A DNA stretch of 64,000 bases from Flavobacteriales bacterium (GTDB taxonomy: Bacteria; Bacteroidota; Bacteroidia; Flavobacteriales_F; PHOS-HE28). The stretch is from assembly GCA_044346705.1 (NCBI GenBank), contig JBIIYP010000013.1, positions 16,605 to 80,604 of the forward strand. The letters run 5' to 3'. Under the pieces are notes generated by a model that worked only from the letters and a program-made list of their open reading frames with translations, had not been told where the DNA came from and ran no database searches. Made by a program: the position numbers and the translations under genes. Position 1 is the first letter of the stretch. Each line of letters starts with the position of its first letter. Positions 37,476-47,160 of this stretch are shown piece after piece.

Positions 37476-40382
37476 TTACGCCACCATCCCCCTCACAAAC
37501 ACCTCCACATACTCCTTCATCCGCTCCACGATCCGTTCCCCGATCTCCCGCGCCTTCAACACGCTCGGTCGTGCCTCAAGACATTTGAACACATCGTCCT
37601 TCAGCGGTTCCTGACCGCTGAAGATATAGGACTCGATAAGGTTGGCGAACTGCTTCTGATCCAGCCCTTCCTCTTCGCAGAGTGCTTGCAGGGCTAGTAC
37701 GCGTTGGTCCTCCCAATAGCGCTCGAACTCGTCCTGCACGCGAGCTGCGTCCTCGATCGTCGGCAGGTGCTCGGCGATGAACTTCTCGATCAGTTCGCGT
37801 TTGCTGCGCAGCTCCACCTCGCTGCCCAGCAGGGCGGCGATCTGCTTGCGGACCTGTTCGCCGCCGCCGGTGTGCTCCTTCTCTTTCAGACGCGCCAGCA
37901 GCTTTAGGATGTACGACACGTTGATCTCGTCGCGGTGCACCAGCACCAGCTCGAAGTCGATGTCCTCCAGGATGCTGTGCTTCTCCTTGGTGCGTTGGCG
38001 CTGCACGCTATCGCGAAGGTCCAGGTACTTGCTGGTATAGTCGGCGAACTGCTGCTCGGTCAGCGGCAGGTCGCGCCAGTCGAACTCGGCGTAGGTCTTC
38101 AGCACATTCAGCAGGCGGATCAGCTCTCGGAAGGCGGAGACGAAGGCCAGCTGTTGTTCCTCGTCGTGCAGGTCGTCCACCGAGCGCACGGTGGGGGCTA
38201 CTTCCAGCAGCTTCTTATAGGCGGCGATGAAAGCGGCCACCAGTTTCTTATAGGGTGGTAGGAAGATCACCTCCTTCGCGTCCTTGTTGCTGAAGAGGGC
38301 GAGCGCATCGTCCGTGGCCTTTTTCAGGTTGCGGTAGGCCACGATGTTGCCCTGGCTCTTCTTCTCGTTCAGGATGCGGTTGGTGCGGCTGTAGGCCTGG
38401 ATCAGTCCGTGGTAGCGGAGCTTCTTGTCCACGTACAGGGTGTTCACCTTCTTGGCATCGAAGCCGGTGAGCATCATGTTCACCACCAGCACCAGGTCGA
38501 TGCGGTCGCTGTCCTTGGCGTTGGCCTTCTCGCGCTCGCGCAGCTTCTTGGTGATGTCCTTGAAGTAGTTCTCCATCCCCTTCTGGTCGCTGGTGCTGAA
38601 GGCGGTGCCGAACTGCGCGTTGTAGTCGCGGATGATGCGCTCGATGCCGTCGCGGCTGTGGCCGCTGCCATAGGTGGCGGGCGGCTCGCTGGCGAGGGTC
38701 TCATCCTCGGGCAGGGCGCCCACGGCTTCCTCATCCTCCTCGTTGGTGCCGTAGCTGTAGATGGCGGCGATGCGCAGGTCGTGCGCGCCGGCCTCCTTGC
38801 GCTGGCGGAAGAGCTCGTAGTATTTCAGCAACGTGGGGATGCTGCTGATGGCGAAGAGCGCGCTGTATTCGCGGTTGTGGGTCTTGCGGTCGTGGTACTG
38901 GAGGATGTGGTCCACGATCTTGCCCAGGCGGGTATCGTCATCGAAGACCTCCGCGCGGTCGATGTCCTCCACCTCGATGTCCAGCTCCACGCCGTCCTTC
39001 TGTTTGTAGCGCCCAACGTACTCCACACTGAAGCGCAGCACGTTCTCGTCGCGGATGGCGTCGGTGATCACGTACTTGTGCAAGCACTCGCCAAAAAGCT
39101 GCTTGGTGGTGCGCTTGCCCAGCTCGTTGGTGCTGGCGTTCTCGGCGAAGATGGGTGTGCCCGTGAAGCCGAAGAGCTGCGCGTTGCTGAAGTAGCTGGT
39201 GATGGCGCCGTGCGTTTTGCCGAACTGGCTGCGGTGGCACTCATCGAAGATGAAGACCATGCGCGCGTCCTTCAGCGCTTCCACCTGCCGCTCGTGCCGC
39301 ACCTTGCTGATGGCGATGTGCAGCTTCTGGATGGTGGTGACGATCAACTTGGTGTTCGGGTCGGCCAACTGCTCCACCAGGCCGCGCGTGTTCTCGGTGG
39401 CGTCCACGCTGCCTTCCTTGTACTCGTTGAAGTCCTCCATGGTCTTGTAGTCGAGGTCCTTGCGGTCCACGACGAAGACCACCTTGGCCACCTCGGGCAG
39501 GCCCATGATCACCTGGCTGGCCTTGAAGCTCGTGAGCGTTTTGCCGCTGCCGGTGGTGTGCCAGATGTAACCGTAGTTGTTCACGCGCTCATCACCCGTT
39601 TTGGGTGTGTACTGGCGCACCTTCTCCACCAGCCCTTCCACGGCGTACACCTGGTAGGGGCGCAACACCATCATCCGCCGGTCGCGGTCGTTCATCACCA
39701 CGTAGTGGCCCAGCATGCGGCCCAGGCGGGCGATGTTCAGGAAGTCCGTGGCGAAGTCGGTCAGTTCGCTGCGGCGCCTGCTGTGGGTATCCGTCCAGTA
39801 GAAGGTCTGCGCGAAGGTGAGCGCCTCAATGGGGTTGTTCACGTAGTACTTCGTGTTGACCCCGTTGCTGATGGCGAAGAGCTGGATGTACTGGAACAGC
39901 CCGCCGTTGGCCCAGTAGCTGTGGCGCTTGTAGCGCACGATCTGGTTGAAGGCCTCCTTCAGTTCCAGCCCGCTGCGCTTCAGCTCCACCTGCACCACGG
40001 GCAGGCCGTTGCACAGGATGGTGACATCGTAGCGGTTGGTGTAGCTGCCCACGTTGGTCACCTGCTGGGTCACCTGCCATTTGTTGGCCGCAGGCTCGCC
40101 GCCATCGAAGAAGCGCACGTAGCTAACGGTGCCGTCCTCGCGCTCCAGCGCATAACGGTCGCGCAAGATCTTGCTACGGTCGTACAGCGTACCCTTCTGC
40201 AGGTGGTTCAGGATGCGGGTCATGTCCCGCTGCGTGAAGGTGGTGCCGTTGAAGGCCTCCAGCTGCGTTTGCAAGTTGGCCAGCAGGGCGGCTTCGTCCT
40301 GGATAGTCACAGGTCCATAGCCCATGCCGCGCAACTGGCTTACCAGCTCGGCTTCGAGGAGGGCTTCGGGTTGGGTGGTCAT
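37476..40382 (-). CDS. hsdR: Type I restriction enzyme R subunit
   Basis: Walker A is WHTTGSGKT, followed by the DEAH region (FIFDECHRSQ) and helicase C motifs. Length ~968 aa from the internal ATG. Confidence 0.85.
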   Translation of the reverse strand: MTTQPEALLEAELVSQLRGMGYGPVTIQDEAALLANLQTQLEAFNGTTFTQRDMTRILNHLQKGTLYDRSKILRDRYALEREDGTVSYVRFFDGGEPAANKWQVTQQVTNVGSYTNRYDVTILCNGLPVVQVELKRSGLELKEAFNQIVRYKRHSYWANGGLFQYIQLFAISNGVNTKYYVNNPIEALTFAQTFYWTDTHSRRRSELTDFATDFLNIARLGRMLGHYVVMNDRDRRMMVLRPYQVYAVEGLVEKVRQYTPKTGDERVNNYGYIWHTTGSGKTLTSFKASQVIMGLPEVAKVVFVVDRKDLDYKTMEDFNEYKEGSVDATENTRGLVEQLADPNTKLIVTTIQKLHIAISKVRHERQVEALKDARMVFIFDECHRSQFGKTHGAITSYFSNAQLFGFTGTPIFAENASTNELGKRTTKQLFGECLHKYVITDAIRDENVLRFSVEYVGRYKQKDGVELDIEVEDIDRAEVFDDDTRLGKIVDHILQYHDRKTHNREYSALFAISSIPTLLKYYELFRQRKEAGAHDLRIAAIYSYGTNEEDEEAVGALPEDETLASEPPATYGSGHSRDGIERIIRDYNAQFGTAFSTSDQKGMENYFKDITKKLREREKANAKDSDRIDLVLVVNMMLTGFDAKKVNTLYVDKKLRYHGLIQAYSRTNRILNEKKSQGNIVAYRNLKKATDDALALFSNKDAKEVIFLPPYKKLVAAFIAAYKKLLEVAPTVRSVDDLHDEEQQLAFVSAFRELIRLLNVLKTYAEFDWRDLPLTEQQFADYTSKYLDLRDSVQRQRTKEKHSILEDIDFELVLVHRDEINVSYILKLLARLKEKEHTGGGEQVRKQIAALLGSEVELRSKRELIEKFIAEHLPTIEDAARVQDEFERYWEDQRVLALQALCEEEGLDQKQFANLIESYIFSGQEPLKDDVFKCLEARPSVLKAREIGERIVERMKEYVEVFVRGMVA

Positions 40383-40518
40383 GCGGGGGCAGCGCAAGGT
40401 CGGGAATGTGGACTTTACAACAATTAACTGCCTGGCGGTGAATATCTGACGTTCATCGGTCACCCTGCATCATTGGTGATCGTACTTTAGTGGCATCCCT
40501 ACCACGGCACCTCTGAAC

Positions 40519-41268
40519 ATGTTCGAGAATTTCCCGGTCAAGGTCGTTGACCCCTTGCCCTCGCGGATAGATCCATGCCCTATTGTGCAAGCGATCTTCG
40601 AGATACGCTTCACAACGACCACGCCTTGGGCTCAACTGCCAGGCAGGGTGGAACGATTGCTGGGGGATGAGTACGTAGGTCAGGAACTCCCCCTGTTCGA
40701 ACTGCCCAACCAATTCAAGCAGCAGATCCCGGGCAGTGTTTACCTACCTCAGTACCAGTTCCACTCGGAACAGTTCGTAGTGAACCTTGCACCACAGATG
40801 ATCGGGCTGGGGGTCCAAACCATGAGCTATCCGGGTTGGTCGGTGGTGCAAGCAGAGTTGAGCACATTCCTAGACAAGATCGTTTCCGATGGATTCATGG
40901 AAGAGGGCGCACGGCTTGGCATCCGTTACAGTGACTTCTTCGAGCTGAACATCTTCGAACATATCGATCTTGACATCCATGTGAACGGGAAGGCCATCAA
41001 GGACAAGGATCGCCAGTTCACAACCGTTTTCCAGGAAGGTCCAATGACCATTCGTTTGGTTCTTATCAATGGCGCCATCATGGAGAACTCACATGGTCCA
41101 CGTCGTGGCTCGGTGTTGGATATCGATGTGGCTTTCGGTCCATTGGACTTCGATCTTAAGACCAATGTGCTGGACCGCTTCACAGAAGCCCACGATGTGA
41201 TCAAGAAGCTGTTCTTTGGCCTCGTTAAGCCTGACATGCTGGATTCACACAAGCCCGAGTACGTATGA
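40519..41268 (+). CDS. Hypothetical protein (249 aa), possibly TIGR04255-like. First gene of a 3-gene operon embedded in the type I R-M locus.
   Basis: The N-terminal ...PIVQAIFEIRF... pattern. Lower GC than the flanks. Its stop overlaps the next gene's start. Confidence 0.4.
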   Translation: MFENFPVKVVDPLPSRIDPCPIVQAIFEIRFTTTTPWAQLPGRVERLLGDEYVGQELPLFELPNQFKQQIPGSVYLPQYQFHSEQFVVNLAPQMIGLGVQTMSYPGWSVVQAELSTFLDKIVSDGFMEEGARLGIRYSDFFELNIFEHIDLDIHVNGKAIKDKDRQFTTVFQEGPMTIRLVLINGAIMENSHGPRRGSVLDIDVAFGPLDFDLKTNVLDRFTEAHDVIKKLFFGLVKPDMLDSHKPEYV

Positions 41269-41723
41269 GCAACAAGATCCACTTCGCTGAACCCCGGGTG
41301 TACAAGTTGGACGAGGATCTCCAAACCAACATGGATCCCGGCATGTGGTCCACCACGCTATCCGCAGATGAGCAGGACCTGCTTATCAAGAAGCTGGGCG
41401 ACCGCGGTTGGGGCCGTATGCTACTCTTCTCCAAGTACTACACGCCCGATTGGGGTGAAGGGAATAGGCAGGTCTCTCCGCGTGCACAAGCCACAATGAT
41501 GCGGTTCCTTGAGCATGTGACTTTCCGCAAGGGTGCCGATCCAAGTGTCTTCCTCTCCAACGATGGCGAGTTGCAGGTGGCATGGAGCGACACGAGCGGC
41601 AAAGCTGTTCAATTGCTCTTTGGCCCGAACTCGATCGAAGTGTTACATGAGGCGCAACTCCGTGAAGAGTCATTGCCATTGTCCGCTTATGATAAGCTCG
41701 CCCAGGAATTCAGTCATGTCTGA
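41265..41723 (+). CDS. Hypothetical protein (152 aa), second gene of the operon
   Basis: ATGA overlap with the upstream gene. No recognisable motif. Confidence 0.4.
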   Translation: MSNKIHFAEPRVYKLDEDLQTNMDPGMWSTTLSADEQDLLIKKLGDRGWGRMLLFSKYYTPDWGEGNRQVSPRAQATMMRFLEHVTFRKGADPSVFLSNDGELQVAWSDTSGKAVQLLFGPNSIEVLHEAQLREESLPLSAYDKLAQEFSHV

Positions 41724-42171
41724 GCAACTGGTCGGTGATGAGGAAGAGTTGGTTCGCGCTGTTTGCAGTGCAGACATGAAGGACAACGACCGTATCTCTT
41801 CCCTCCTCATGACTGGTAAGGACACATCGGTTAGCCGCACGAAGCTCATTCCTCTTACCGACCACTGGGATCTGTTCCGCCGCTGTGTAGAGAAACCCGA
41901 TGTACGTAAGCTGGAGATGATCGCCACGATCACCATTCCTGAGCTGCGCGCCATAGCGGAAGAACATTCCAAGGAGTTTAAAACACCCAAGCGCGAGATC
42001 AAAGTGCTTGTGAAGCCCAACAGCTGCTGGCGACCACCTGAAGGCCATGCGGAGATCGAGGGTAAGCTGAGCCAGGGGCTCGCGAACACCATCATCAAAA
42101 GGATGCTCTATCACAAGGAGGATAACTCCAAGTGGAACTTTGACGGCACTGGCTTGGTGGCCAATCTCTGA
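41716..42171 (+). CDS. Hypothetical protein (151 aa), third gene of the operon. Has a weak Rx5H (HEPN-like) pattern.
   Basis: The internal ATG at 41716 overlaps the upstream gene by 8 nt. The motif is ELRAIAEEH. Confidence 0.35.
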   Translation: MSEQLVGDEEELVRAVCSADMKDNDRISSLLMTGKDTSVSRTKLIPLTDHWDLFRRCVEKPDVRKLEMIATITIPELRAIAEEHSKEFKTPKREIKVLVKPNSCWRPPEGHAEIEGKLSQGLANTIIKRMLYHKEDNSKWNFDGTGLVANL

Positions 42172-42255
42172 GTAGGGCTGTTCTTGCGCGATTCCGTGTC
42201 AAGCCCGTAATGACAGCCTACACGAACATCTGCGAACAGCCCCTCAGCGGCCTCA

Positions 42256-43419
42256 TCAAACAAACATCTGTTGTAAGAGGCCGCGCTTCCACCGCTGCGC
42301 CGCCGCCACCGCCTGCGCCACGCCCGCCACCTTCGCATCCAAGGCCATCAGGAAGCCCGCGATGCGGGATTGCTCTTCGAGACAAGGAAGTGAAATGGGC
42401 ATGCCGGTGAACATCGGCAGACGCAACGATTTCACGGTCGACCCAACGGCTTGAGTAAGGAAGTACGCCCGGTGCTTGTCGATGTACTGAAACAGGAATG
42501 GACCTGTTGCTCCCTTGAAGTTCATTATCGCATAGGCTCTTTGGTGCAGGTCGAACTTTCCGGTGAAGTGTTTCGGGACGAACTCTTGCCCCTCACCGCC
42601 TACGATGATCGCCTCGGTGTCGTACAGGAATATGCTACTCCTGCGCACATCCACGGAGCGATCGAAGAAGGTGTACTGCGCGTCCAAGGATGAATCGACG
42701 CGGTTAGAAGTTCCAGTGGTGATATACGCGATCTCCCCCAACCTCTTCTCCTCCCAATCCGGGAACTCCCCGCCATCCTTCCGCTTGAAGCGCAGTTCTT
42801 GCGCGAACAGTTGTTGCACCACGCCCTTTTTGTACTGCTCCAGCAAGGCCTGCTTGCGCTTCAGCTGCTGGATCTTGCGGTCCACCGCACCCAGGAAGGC
42901 CGCGATCTTCTGCTGTTCGGGGAGGGCTTCCGGAATATTCAGTTCAAGAGCACGAAGGTCATTACTGTAGATCCTCGTGATCGTGGTCGAGTTCAGCTTC
43001 GACCAGTCGATCTTCGACAATAGCAGGAAGAGGAAGTCGTTGATGACATGCTCCTCAGGATTGTCTATCCAAACAATGTTCGAGTCCTGGTAGTAGCTAT
43101 CGTGTCCATCAAACTGCAGACACTTTCCCACTGTGCCAGCGCAAGTGATCAGCGTTTCACCAGCTCGCGGATAGTTGTATCTCTCCTTGAAGTCCTCAAA
43201 GTGCTTGCGGGTTATGTACGAATCCGGCTTCCCACCTAAGGTCCCGATCTTGTAGAATGGTACGTCTCCGCTCTCGGCGGTCTGGTTCGCGAAGATCCTC
43301 TTGCACATGAGGATCTCGCACCCATCACCAAGAGCACGCTTCGACCAATTCCCTTTGAACGCAGGGAACCGCAGCATTGGAACTTGTCGGTGCACCTTCT
43401 CCGTCACTTCGTTCATCAC
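42256..43419 (-). CDS. hsdS: Type I restriction-modification specificity subunit
   Basis: Two target-recognition domains are separated by a conserved coiled region (...LPEQQKIAAFLGAVDRKIQQL... and ...LEEQSRIAGFLMALDAKVAG...). Confidence 0.8.
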   Translation of the reverse strand: MMNEVTEKVHRQVPMLRFPAFKGNWSKRALGDGCEILMCKRIFANQTAESGDVPFYKIGTLGGKPDSYITRKHFEDFKERYNYPRAGETLITCAGTVGKCLQFDGHDSYYQDSNIVWIDNPEEHVINDFLFLLLSKIDWSKLNSTTITRIYSNDLRALELNIPEALPEQQKIAAFLGAVDRKIQQLKRKQALLEQYKKGVVQQLFAQELRFKRKDGGEFPDWEEKRLGEIAYITTGTSNRVDSSLDAQYTFFDRSVDVRRSSIFLYDTEAIIVGGEGQEFVPKHFTGKFDLHQRAYAIMNFKGATGPFLFQYIDKHRAYFLTQAVGSTVKSLRLPMFTGMPISLPCLEEQSRIAGFLMALDAKVAGVAQAVAAAQRWKRGLLQQMFV

Positions 43420-43886
43420 GCGGTTGGTGTTTCGGTATCGGGGGCTTCGCCTTCGAGAGCCTCAGGCATCGCCCCAGCCTCAGGCATCGCCCCAGCCTCA
43501 GGCATCGCCCCAGCCTCGCCTTCGAGAGCCTCAGGCTTCGGCATCGCCGGATCCGTATTCGCGTTGGCTGAGGCACTCGAAGCCAACGCTAGCAGGGCTT
43601 TGACGTCGCGGTAGGCCTTTGCGTATTCGGGGAGCTTATCGAAATCGCCGTTGATCAACGCTTCCTTCTTCTTCCTGCTCCAGCCTTGCACTTGCTTCTC
43701 GCGGTAGAAGGCTTGGTCCACGCGTGGGTACCACTCGTAGTAAACGAGCTTCACCGGTGGATGCTTGCGGGTGTGGTTGGCACCTTCGCCGGCTTCATGC
43801 TGTGCAATACGTCGCTCCAAATCGTTGGTGCTACCGGTGTAGTAGGAGCCATCGCCGCAGAGGAGTATGTACATGAAGCCTTGCAT
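43416..43886 (-). CDS. GIY-YIG nuclease family protein with a repetitive C-terminal tail
   Basis: The N-terminus is FMYILLCGDGSYYTGSTNDLERRIAQH (GIY-YIG). The C-terminus is PEAGAM x3. The stop overlaps the hsdS start (ATGA). Confidence 0.7.
   Translation of the reverse strand: MQGFMYILLCGDGSYYTGSTNDLERRIAQHEAGEGANHTRKHPPVKLVYYEWYPRVDQAFYREKQVQGWSRKKKEALINGDFDKLPEYAKAYRDVKALLALASSASANANTDPAMPKPEALEGEAGAMPEAGAMPEAGAMPEALEGEAPDTETPTA
43459..43512. repeat. 3 x 18-bp perfect tandem repeat (agcctcaggcatcgcccc) encoding PEAGAM repeats
   Basis: Read directly. Confidence 0.9.
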
Positions 43887-43960
43887 GGTGATTCAGTGTA
43901 TGCTGGCTTCGAGTGCCTCAGCCAGCGGCGAGATCGGGCCCTGAGGTTCTCGAAGGGCCA

Positions 43961-45604
43961 TCACGCGAACGGCTTTTCAATTCCCAACTCCTTGCAATAC
44001 CCCGCCAAATCGGCATCGGTCTCTTTCATCCCCGTCTCCAAAGCGACGAGCTCCTTCGCCACGGCGTTCAGGTCCACGGTTTCCTCGGCCTCGAAGGTGT
44101 CCACGTAGCGTGGTATGTTCAGGTTGTAGCCGTTGGCCTTCACTTCTTCCAACGTGGCCAGGTGGCTGTACTTCGGCTGCGCAGTACGCTCGCGGTAGGT
44201 GCTCACGATGCGGTCCACATCCGCAGGCCGCAGCTTGTTCTGCGTCTTCACCTTCTCGTAGTTCCCTTCGCCACTGGCATCGATGAAGAGGATGTTGTCG
44301 CGGTCCTTGCGCCCGCGCTTGAGCACCACGATGCTGGTGGGGATGCCGGTGCCGTAGAAGATCTGGGCGGGCAGGCCGATCACGGCATCGAGCACGTTGA
44401 GGTCGCGGATCAGGTATTCGCGGATGTGCGCCTCGGCCGCGCCGCGGAAGAGCACGCCGTGGGGCAGAACGCAGGCCAGCGTTCCTCCCTCGGTCGCCGA
44501 AGCGCCGCGCGAAGGCTGACCCTCGTCCAGGTGGTGCAGCATGTGCAGCAGGAAGGCGAAGTCGGCCTTGGTCTGCGGCGCCAGCTTGCCGGGGGCGCTG
44601 AAGCGGTCGTCCGTGGCCTTGGTGGGGCCGGGTTTCCAGTGCGCGCTGAAGGGCGGGTTGGCCACGATGGCCTCGAAGCGGTGCTCCAGGTGCTGCGGGC
44701 GCTCCAGCGTGTCCTCGTTGCGCACATCGAACTGCCGGTAATGCACATCGTGCATGATCATGTTCATGCGGCACAGGTTGAACGTGGTGGGGTTCATCTC
44801 CTGCCCGTAGATGGTGCCCACGTCCAGCACTTCGCGCTTCACGCGCAGCAGCAAGCTGCCGCTGCCGCAGGTGGGGTCGTACACGCTCTTCAGCCGTTTC
44901 TTGCCCGTGGTAACGATGCGCGCCAGCACGGTGCTCACCTCCTGCGGGGTATAGAACTCACCGGCCTTCTTGCCCGCGCCGCTGGCGAATTGCGCAATGA
45001 GGTATTCGTAGGCATCGCCCAGCACATCGTGCGCGGGGTCGTTCAGCTCGAAGTCCACGGTGGCCAGCTTGCGCAGCACCTTCACCACCAGGTTGTTCTT
45101 GTCCTTTTCGCCCTTGCCCAGCTTGCTGCTGGTAAGGTCCAGGTCCTCGAAGAGGTTGGCGAAATCATCCTCGCTCTCGTGCCCGCGCGTGCTGTCGCTG
45201 ATGCGGTTGAGCACCTTTGTGAGTTTGTCCAGGATGAAGGGCGCATCGGCACCTTCGGCCTCTTCGCCGCTGGGCACGATGTTCTTGAAGAGCTCTTCGG
45301 GCTCCAGGAAGTAGCCGAGGTGTTCCACAGCCAAGAGGCGTACCTCGTTCAGGTAGGCATCACGGTCGGCGTCCTTCACTCTCTCACCCTTTCCCTCTTT
45401 CACTTTCTCACCTTTCAGCAGGTCATCATAGCTCACGCCGTCCGGGTGCAGGATCTCGTCGGCATAGATCTCCATCTTCTCGCTGAGGTACTTGTAGAAG
45501 ATGAAGCCGAGGATGTAGTCGCGGAAGTCGTCCGCGCTCATCTTGCCGCGCAGGGCGTTGGCGATGTCCCAGAGGGTGGCTTCGAGGCGTTGTTTGGAGG
45601 TCAT
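43961..45604 (-). CDS. hsdM: Type I restriction-modification methyltransferase (N6-adenine) subunit
   Basis: It has the HsdM N-terminal domain (LWDIANALRG...), the SAM motif (VYDPTCGSGSLL) and NPPF (IVANPPFS). Confidence 0.85.
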   Translation of the reverse strand: MTSKQRLEATLWDIANALRGKMSADDFRDYILGFIFYKYLSEKMEIYADEILHPDGVSYDDLLKGEKVKEGKGERVKDADRDAYLNEVRLLAVEHLGYFLEPEELFKNIVPSGEEAEGADAPFILDKLTKVLNRISDSTRGHESEDDFANLFEDLDLTSSKLGKGEKDKNNLVVKVLRKLATVDFELNDPAHDVLGDAYEYLIAQFASGAGKKAGEFYTPQEVSTVLARIVTTGKKRLKSVYDPTCGSGSLLLRVKREVLDVGTIYGQEMNPTTFNLCRMNMIMHDVHYRQFDVRNEDTLERPQHLEHRFEAIVANPPFSAHWKPGPTKATDDRFSAPGKLAPQTKADFAFLLHMLHHLDEGQPSRGASATEGGTLACVLPHGVLFRGAAEAHIREYLIRDLNVLDAVIGLPAQIFYGTGIPTSIVVLKRGRKDRDNILFIDASGEGNYEKVKTQNKLRPADVDRIVSTYRERTAQPKYSHLATLEEVKANGYNLNIPRYVDTFEAEETVDLNAVAKELVALETGMKETDADLAGYCKELGIEKPFA

Positions 45605-45705
45605 GGTGGGGCTCGCCGAAGTTTCGGCGGGGGTGAAGGGGTGTAAAATACCTATGCGGAAGCGAACGGGAGCCTCGTGGCTTGCCTGCGCATCCTGCTC
45701 CACCC

Positions 45706-46419
45706 CTACCGCAACTCCCGCAAGTACAACCCCACCGTATTCTCCAACCCGAACCGCAGCGCATCGCAGATCAGCGCGTGGCCGATGGAGACCTCCAGCA
45801 GCCCGGGCACCTGCTGCGCGAAGTAGCGGAGGTTATCGCGGTCCAGGTCGTGGCCGGCGTTGAGGCCGAGGCCGAGTTGGGCGGCGCGTTCACCTGCCCG
45901 TACGAAAGGTGCGACGACAGCCTCGCGATCGGTGTGATAGCCTGCGGCATAGGGCTCGGTGTAGAGCTCGATGCGGTCGGTGCCGGTGTCGGCGGCGTGG
46001 CCGATCAGCTCCAGGTCGGTGCCCATGAAGAGGGAGGTGCGGATGCCGGCGCCTTTGAAACGCGCGATCACGTCCTGCAGGAAGGCCTTGTGCGTGCGCG
46101 CTTCCCAGCCGGCGTTGCTGGTGAGCGCCTCGGGCGGATCGGGCACCAGCGTCACCTGCGCGGGGCGCACCTCCAGCACCAGCGCGATGAAGTCGTCCGT
46201 GGGGTAGCCCTCGATGTTGAACTCCGTGGTGAGCAGGGGCTTCAGGGCGCGCACATCGCTGCGGCGGATGTGGCGTTCGTCAGGCCGGGGATGCACGGTG
46301 ATGCCCTGCGCGCCGTAGCGCTCGATGAGCAGCGCGGTGGCCACCACATCGGGGTTGTTGCCGCCGCGTGCGTTGCGCAGGGTGGCGAGCTTATTGATGT
46401 TGACGCTGAGCTGGGTCAT
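45706..46419 (-). CDS. pdxJ: Pyridoxine 5'-phosphate synthase
   Basis: [19 protein letters not shown]... over ~238 aa. The upstream 500+ aa of the track ORF is an artefact. Confidence 0.8.
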   Translation of the reverse strand: MTQLSVNINKLATLRNARGGNNPDVVATALLIERYGAQGITVHPRPDERHIRRSDVRALKPLLTTEFNIEGYPTDDFIALVLEVRPAQVTLVPDPPEALTSNAGWEARTHKAFLQDVIARFKGAGIRTSLFMGTDLELIGHAADTGTDRIELYTEPYAAGYHTDREAVVAPFVRAGERAAQLGLGLNAGHDLDRDNLRYFAQQVPGLLEVSIGHALICDALRFGLENTVGLYLRELR

Positions 46420-46485
46420 CGGTTCAGTATACCTTGCTCCCGCTAACGAAGCGTCCAAAGGTAGAACGGACGCGGCCCGCAGCCC

Positions 46486-47148
46486 ATGCACGCCATCGAC
46501 CTGATCACCAACGAGATCCCCCCGCTCCGCCCGAACGACACGGTGGCGCGTGCCTTGGACTGGATGGAAGAGTTCAAGGTGAGCCACCTGCCCGTGGTGC
46601 AGGAACAGCGCCTGGTGGGCATGGTGAAGGACAGCGTGCTGATCGACCGCAACGACGCCAAGGCCTTGGTGGAGAGCATCATGGAACGGGTGGAGGTGCC
46701 GTTCGTCCGGGGTGGGCAGCACATCTACGACGTGATGAAGCTGATGGTGGAGCGCGGCCTCACGGTGGTGCCTGTGCTGGACATGACCGGCAATTACCTG
46801 GGCGCGGTGAACGAACACATGGCGCTGCGCCGCCTGGCCGAGGTCACCAACATGCGCGAGCCCGGCAGCGTGGTGGTGCTGGAGCTGAACATGAACGACT
46901 ACAGCCTGCAGGAGATCGCCCGCATCGTGGAAGGCAACGACGCGCGTGTGCTGAGCGTGTACTGCCACACGATCGAGGAGAGCGCGCGGCTGGAGGTGAC
47001 CCTGAAGATCAACCGCGAGGACATCAGCGACATCCTGCAGACCTTCGAGCGCTTCGAGTACGAGGTGAAGACCACCTTCCAGGGATCGCGCTTCAACGAT
47101 GACCTGCGCGGTCGTTTCGATGAGCTGATGCGCTTCATCAATCTCTAA
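46486..47148 (+). CDS. CBS-pair domain protein with a C-terminal ACT-like domain
   Basis: Two CBS motifs (...VSHLPVV..., ...[15 protein letters not shown]...). Confidence 0.6.
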   Translation: MHAIDLITNEIPPLRPNDTVARALDWMEEFKVSHLPVVQEQRLVGMVKDSVLIDRNDAKALVESIMERVEVPFVRGGQHIYDVMKLMVERGLTVVPVLDMTGNYLGAVNEHMALRRLAEVTNMREPGSVVVLELNMNDYSLQEIARIVEGNDARVLSVYCHTIEESARLEVTLKINREDISDILQTFERFEYEVKTTFQGSRFNDDLRGRFDELMRFINL

Positions 47149-47160
47149 CGGGCGCCGCCC

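Noticed and set aside
45605-45705. Hairpin gccgaagtttcggc as a pdxJ terminator
   Set aside because: No U-tract follows on the transcribed strand, so the evidence is weak. It was not reported as a feature.
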